A stretch of 32,000 nt of DNA, taken from Desulfotalea psychrophila LSv54. GTDB taxonomy: Bacteria; Desulfobacterota; Desulfobulbia; Desulfobulbales; Desulfocapsaceae. The notes under the pieces were generated by a model. That model saw only the letters and a program-made list of their open reading frames with translations. It ran no database searches and was not told the origin of the DNA. This document shows positions 28,467 through 32,000 of this stretch, in pieces; position 1 is the first letter of the stretch; each line of letters opens with the position of its first letter. The DNA is taken from positions 30,001 through 62,000 of the forward strand of contig NC_006138.1 in NCBI RefSeq assembly GCF_000025945.1, written 5' to 3'. Position numbers and translations under genes: made by a program.

Positions 28467-28873
28467 GTTAACCACAGAGGAAGAGGAGAACACAGAGAAA
28501 AACATTTTATGTAAACTGCTTAAAACAAAAAGACAAGAACTATTAATCACTGGTGGAGAACACTGATTTCATTTTATGTAAACTGCAGAAAAGACAGATA
28601 CTAGATACGACAGATATAAGATACTAGATGCGAGAAAGAGCAGAAAAAGCGAAGGACAGTTAACCACTGCTTAAGAGCACACTGATTTCAGTTTAGGCAA
28701 AGGACGAAAATCTAACAGCAACCAAGGGCACGGCAAAACATCTCTGGCAACAAATCGTTAAAACTAGAGCTATCTAGCAGTTATCTTTTTACCAAAAAAT
28801 CTCTGTGTACTCTGTGAACTCTGTGGTTAACTTTTTTCTGTCTCTCTGTTCTTGATTGCCAGTGGTTAACTTT
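28467..28873. repeat. GTTAAC-family repeat cluster upstream of wzz-like gene 3 and nfo
   Basis: Forward cores at 28467 (GGTTAACCACAGAGGAAGAGGAGAACACAGAG) and 28659; reverse cores at about 28798-28832 and 28843-28873. Confidence 0.88.
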
Positions 28874-28966
28874 TTTTTACATTTGGCAAGGAATTGTTTA
28901 AAGTGGGTTTTGGGAATAATTACCAACAAGCTGTCCTTATAATAAAATAGCCACAAGAGGAAGAGG

Positions 28967-29845
28967 ATGAAATATATCGGTGCCCATGTGAGTGCGGCGG
29001 GAGGGGTTGAAAATGCTCCGAAAAATGCGGTTGCAATAGGGGCCAATGCCTTTGCCCTTTTCACCAAGAACCAACGACAATGGAAGGCCAAGCCCTTAAC
29101 GGAGGAGAGTATTGCCGCCTTTAAAGAGAATTTGACAGAGGCCGGGATAGAGGCCAGACATGTCCTCCCCCATGACTCCTATCTGATCAACCTGGGGCAT
29201 CCCGAGGCCGAGGCTCTGGAAAAATCACGGGGAGCATTTATGGACGAGCTGGGGCGATGCGCCCAGCTTGGACTACCCCTGCTCAACTTCCATCCCGGCA
29301 GTCACCTAAAAAAAATTGATCCGGAGGCCTGTCTGGATCGTATTGCCGAGAGCATTAATCTGGCCCATGGGTCGGTGGCAGATGTGATAACCGTTATTGA
29401 AAACACGGCGGGCCAAGGAACTAATCTGGGCTATCGCTTTGAGCATCTGGCCAGGATAATAGCGGCTGTTGAGGATAAGTCGCGGGTGGGAGTCTGCATT
29501 GATACCTGCCACGCCTTCGCCGCCGGCTATGACCTGCGCACTGTAGAGGCATGCGAGAAGAGCTGGGCTGAATTTGACCGGATCGTGGGCTTTAAATATC
29601 TGCGGGGCATGCATCTCAATGATGCCAAGAGTGAATTTTTCAGTCGGGTTGACCGGCACCAGAGTTTGGGGGCGGGAAATATTGGCTGGGAGGCATTTCG
29701 CTATATTATGAAGGATGATCGTTTTGATGATATCCCTCTCATCCTTGAAACTGTGGACACTAGCCTCTGGCAGGAAGAAATTAAAAAACTACAGCAGTGG
29801 AGCGTAGTGGAATGGCGAGAACTAGAAAAAACAAAGACAAGTTAA
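28967..29845 (+). CDS. nfo: Endonuclease IV (deoxyribonuclease IV)
   Basis: [85 protein letters not shown]. The C-terminal tail after WQEEIKKL appears repeat-derived. Confidence 0.96.
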   Translation: MKYIGAHVSAAGGVENAPKNAVAIGANAFALFTKNQRQWKAKPLTEESIAAFKENLTEAGIEARHVLPHDSYLINLGHPEAEALEKSRGAFMDELGRCAQLGLPLLNFHPGSHLKKIDPEACLDRIAESINLAHGSVADVITVIENTAGQGTNLGYRFEHLARIIAAVEDKSRVGVCIDTCHAFAAGYDLRTVEACEKSWAEFDRIVGFKYLRGMHLNDAKSEFFSRVDRHQSLGAGNIGWEAFRYIMKDDRFDDIPLILETVDTSLWQEEIKKLQQWSVVEWRELEKTKTS

Positions 29846-29862
29846 CCACAGAGGAAGAGGAG
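29792..29862 (+). repeat. Repeat module overlapping the 3' end of nfo, including its stop codon
   Basis: CAGCAGTGGAGCGTAGTGGAATGGCGA (27 bp) is the exact reverse complement of 21944-21970 and 22883-22909; it is followed by GTTAACCACAGAGGAAGAGGAGTACACAGAG, whose TAA (29843-29845) is the stop. Confidence 0.85.
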
Positions 29863-29965
29863 TACACAGAGAAAAACTCTTTAATTAAAAAACAAAAAAC
29901 CTTAAAGATTAAACAATTAGGAAAAGAAAAATGTTCCCCTCCATCAGTAGCTCACCCAAAGCCCT

Positions 29966-30048
29966 CTGTGTTCTTCAGCCAGTGGTTAACGCTGTTCGTC
30001 TTTAAGCAGTTAGCAGTTCACCAAAAAACCTCTGTGTTCTCTGTGGTG
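29966..30048. repeat. GTTAAC-family reverse cores left of the GxxExxY pseudogene
   Basis: CCTCTGTGTTCTTCAGCCAGTGGTTAAC and CCTCTGTGTTCTCTGTGGTGATG. Confidence 0.85.
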
Positions 30049-30060
30049 ATGTAGTTGTCT

Positions 30061-30428
30061 TTACAAAACAAGACGTCGAACGCCATCCACCAAGCGAAGC
30101 ACATTAAAATTGATCAATAATCCAGTATGTACCCCAGCAAGCTTCATATAGGTCAACACCTGAGCAGTATGAAGTGGCAACAATGCTTCCACCACCTTCA
30201 GTTCAATAATGAGCTCATCAACGACAAGAAGATCAATACGATATCCCGCATCAATCTCAATTCCCTTATAGCGAAGAGGTAACATAACCTGAGTACGCAC
30301 AGCATGAGACCTTACAACTCATACAGCAAACAACGTTCATAGCTTGATTCAAGCAAACCAGGACCAAGCTCACGATCAACTTCTATAGCACAACCAATCA
30401 CTACGCCTGTCAACTCTTTGGCATCCAT
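30061..30428 (-). pseudogene. GxxExxY family protein, disrupted second copy
   Basis: Reverse complement from 30428: MDAKELTGVVIGCAIEVDRELGPGLLESSYERCLLYEL-stop; a net 4-bp deletion relative to copy 1 shifts frame; the track ORF 30061..30300 carries the rest (RTQVMLPLRYKGIEIDAGYRIDLLVVDELIIELKVVEALLPLHTAQVLTYMKLAGVHTGLL...). Confidence 0.88.
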
Positions 30429-30490
30429 AGCATCCTCTGTGTTCTTGGTCTCAATAATTAAAAACAAAGATAAGAACAGAAAAAACTACA

Positions 30491-30672
30491 GTTAACCACA
30501 GAGAAAAGGAGTTCACAGAGAAGAGCATTATAGATAAACTGCTTAAAGACAAAAAACAAAGATCAACTACTATAGTAGTTATCAATGTCCCCAAAAGAAC
30601 TAGGTATTTAATCTTTATTTTTACTACTTTTAAATAATTTCCTCTGTGTCCTCTTCTTCCTCTGTGGTTAAC
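30491..30672. repeat. GTTAAC-bounded repeat unit between the GxxExxY pseudogene and ddl (about 182 bp)
   Basis: Starts CTACAGTTAACCACAGAGAAAAGGAG, ends TTTAAATAATTTCCTCTGTGTCCTCTTCTTCCTCTGTGGTTAAC; contains the internal motif CAATGTCCCCAAAAGAACTAGG related to the compact element. Confidence 0.82.
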
Positions 30673-31636
30673 CCTTTTTGCCCTTGCTTTTCTCTAATCC
30701 AAGCTCGATGAGGGTATCAAGGAGGGAGGGGAAGTCCATGCCGGTGGCGGCGGCTTCCTGAGGGAGGATGCTGGTTTCGGTCATGCCGGGGATGGTGTTG
30801 GTTTCGAGCAGGTAGAGCTTACCGTCTTCACCGTAGATGAAGTCTGTGCGAGAGTAGCCGCGCAGCCGCAGGGCTTGGTGGGCACGAATGGCATGATCCT
30901 GCACCTGCTCACGAAGGGCATCGGCAATGAGGGCGGGACAGATCTCCTCGGAGGCACCGGGTTGGTATTTTGCCTCATAGTCAAAGAAGGCATATTTATC
31001 ACCGGGAACAATTTCCAGTACCGGTAGGGCCTGTAGATCGTCGTTACCGAGGACTGCACAGGTAAGCTCCCGGCCCTTGATAAATTGCTCCACCATGATG
31101 GCCCCGGCACTACAGTCTCGGGCATGGTTTATCCCGGCCAGCAACTCTTCTTCTGTATGGGCCAGAGAGATACCAATACTGGAACCTGCACAGGCAGGTT
31201 TGACCACCAAAGGCAGACCGAGATCCTCGATAAGTTCCTCTGAATAAAAGAAATCCCCTGCGGCAATGGTATGCCAATCAGCCACGGGAAGTTCAGCGTT
31301 ATAATAGAACTCCTTGGCCAGGTCCTTATCCATGGCCAGGGCACTGCCCAATACCCCGGAACCTTGGTAGGGAATGCCGAGCAGGTCGAGAAAGCCCTGG
31401 ATTGTACCGTCTTCACCATGCAGACCATGGAGGAGAATAAAGGCAAAGTCGATGGAGGCGGCATCGGCGGCAAGTCGGGGCAGATCGGTGGCCGAATCAT
31501 AGCGCGAGACCAGATACTTCTCTTTATCGAGGATCCTCTCGACACCGTCGGCCCCGGTCAAAGAGACCTCTCTCTCACCGGAGGTTCCACCAGCTATCAG
31601 GGCTATACGTAATCTTTCTGCTCTTTGTTCTTGCAT
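30668..31636 (-). CDS. ddl: D-alanine--D-alanine ligase
   Basis: 322 aa; LRIALIAGGTSGEREVSLTG, LHGLHGEDGTIQGFLDLLGIPYQGSGVLGSALAMDK, VKPACAGSSIGISLAHTEEEL, ETNTIPGMTETS. Confidence 0.95.
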   Translation of the reverse strand: MQEQRAERLRIALIAGGTSGEREVSLTGADGVERILDKEKYLVSRYDSATDLPRLAADAASIDFAFILLHGLHGEDGTIQGFLDLLGIPYQGSGVLGSALAMDKDLAKEFYYNAELPVADWHTIAAGDFFYSEELIEDLGLPLVVKPACAGSSIGISLAHTEEELLAGINHARDCSAGAIMVEQFIKGRELTCAVLGNDDLQALPVLEIVPGDKYAFFDYEAKYQPGASEEICPALIADALREQVQDHAIRAHQALRLRGYSRTDFIYGEDGKLYLLETNTIPGMTETSILPQEAAATGMDFPSLLDTLIELGLEKSKGKKG

Positions 31637-31758
31637 TTATTTCTTTCTCCGTGGTATTCGATCTCTATATTTATGCATCCTCACTCCTTTTAAAATTTCC
31701 CGGGAAGGATGTTCATTTGCCTCAAACCTTTAAAAATATTTCTTCCAGCCACTCTATT

Positions 31759-32000
31759 ATGACTTCATTGAATTCGAATATCATTAAAAAAATATCTGCC
31801 ATTGTAGGAAAGGAGTACTGCACCACCCGCATGGCCGACCTCCACTGTTACTCCTATGACGGCAAGGGCATTATCTATCTCCCTGAAGCCGTTGCCTTTC
31901 CTCGCACCACAGAGGAGGTCAGCGAGATCATGAAGCTGGCCAGCCTACACCGCTTTGCCGTGGTTCCGCGGGGTGCTGGCACGGGGATGACCGGCGGCAG
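31759..32000 (+). CDS. FAD-linked oxidase, glycolate oxidase subunit GlcD-like (5' part, truncated by window edge)
   Basis: Own translation (not in track): MTSLNSNIIKKISAIVGKEYCTTRMADLHCYSYDGKGIIYLPEAVAFPRTTEEVSEIMKLASLHRFAVVPRGAGTGMTGG; PRGAGTGMTGG is the FAD-binding motif. Confidence 0.85.
   Translation, partial: MTSLNSNIIKKISAIVGKEYCTTRMADLHCYSYDGKGIIYLPEAVAFPRTTEEVSEIMKLASLHRFAVVPRGAGTGMTGG

Noticed and set aside
29797-30054. 85-aa plus-strand [30 protein letters not shown]...
   Set aside because: Reads out of frame through the nfo end and the repeat core; no protein evidence. Used only as a pointer to shared repeat sequence.
20451-30700. Retron, toxin-antitoxin or defence island in the non-coding tracts
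   Set aside because: No reverse transcriptase, toxin/antitoxin, helicase or restriction genes are visible. The only nuclease-like gene is the GxxExxY protein, for which a defence role has no support in this sequence.
30781-31612. ORFs 30781..31125, 31129..31545 and 31271..31612
   Set aside because: Out-of-frame or antisense readings inside ddl; Pro/Ser-rich translations typical of shadow frames.
1-32000. tRNA or rRNA genes
   Set aside because: No cloverleaf-consistent GTTCRANYC-type segments or rRNA-like stretches were noticed; not checked with a dedicated tool.

Overview
The window is mostly one long minus-strand surface-polysaccharide (O-antigen/capsule-type) operon, coordinates 1 to about 20436, read from right to left. 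Gene order in transcription direction: wbpM/pglF-type dehydratase, UDP-HexNAc dehydrogenase (wbpO/tviB type), UDP-HexNAc 4-epimerase (wbpP/tviC type), rfbB, rfbA, DegT/VioA-type aminotransferase, WbqC-family protein, divergent PLP-fold protein, GNAT acetyltransferase, Wzx-like flippase, GT2, Wzy-like polymerase, hexapeptide acyltransferase, asnB-like amidotransferase, two GT4 glycosyltransferases, a PglC-like initiating sugar transferase, and a PglD-like gene cut by the window edge and missing from the ORF track. A degenerate IS5/IS903-group element with 18-bp terminal inverted repeats and a perfect 9-bp target duplication lies in the operon, beside a probable IS1-family transposase remnant. 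To the right, three tandem Wzz-like chain-length regulators, nfo, ddl and the start of a glcD-like gene are separated by long non-coding tracts. Those tracts are a mosaic of a dispersed repeat family built on GTTAACCACAGAG...ACACAGAGG, found at roughly 35 sites in both orientations, with compact units bounded by inverted GTTAAC ends. The most interesting signal is the association of this family with a small GxxExxY (PD-(D/E)XK-like) gene. One intact copy and one broken copy are both embedded in the repeats, and repeat sequence also lies directly upstream of each start codon. Repeat copies reach into host genes: the stop codons of nfo and ddl both lie in the repeat's GTTAAC terminus, and the nfo C-terminus contains 27 bp identical to another repeat module. 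Repeat counts, alignments and coordinates were made by eye.
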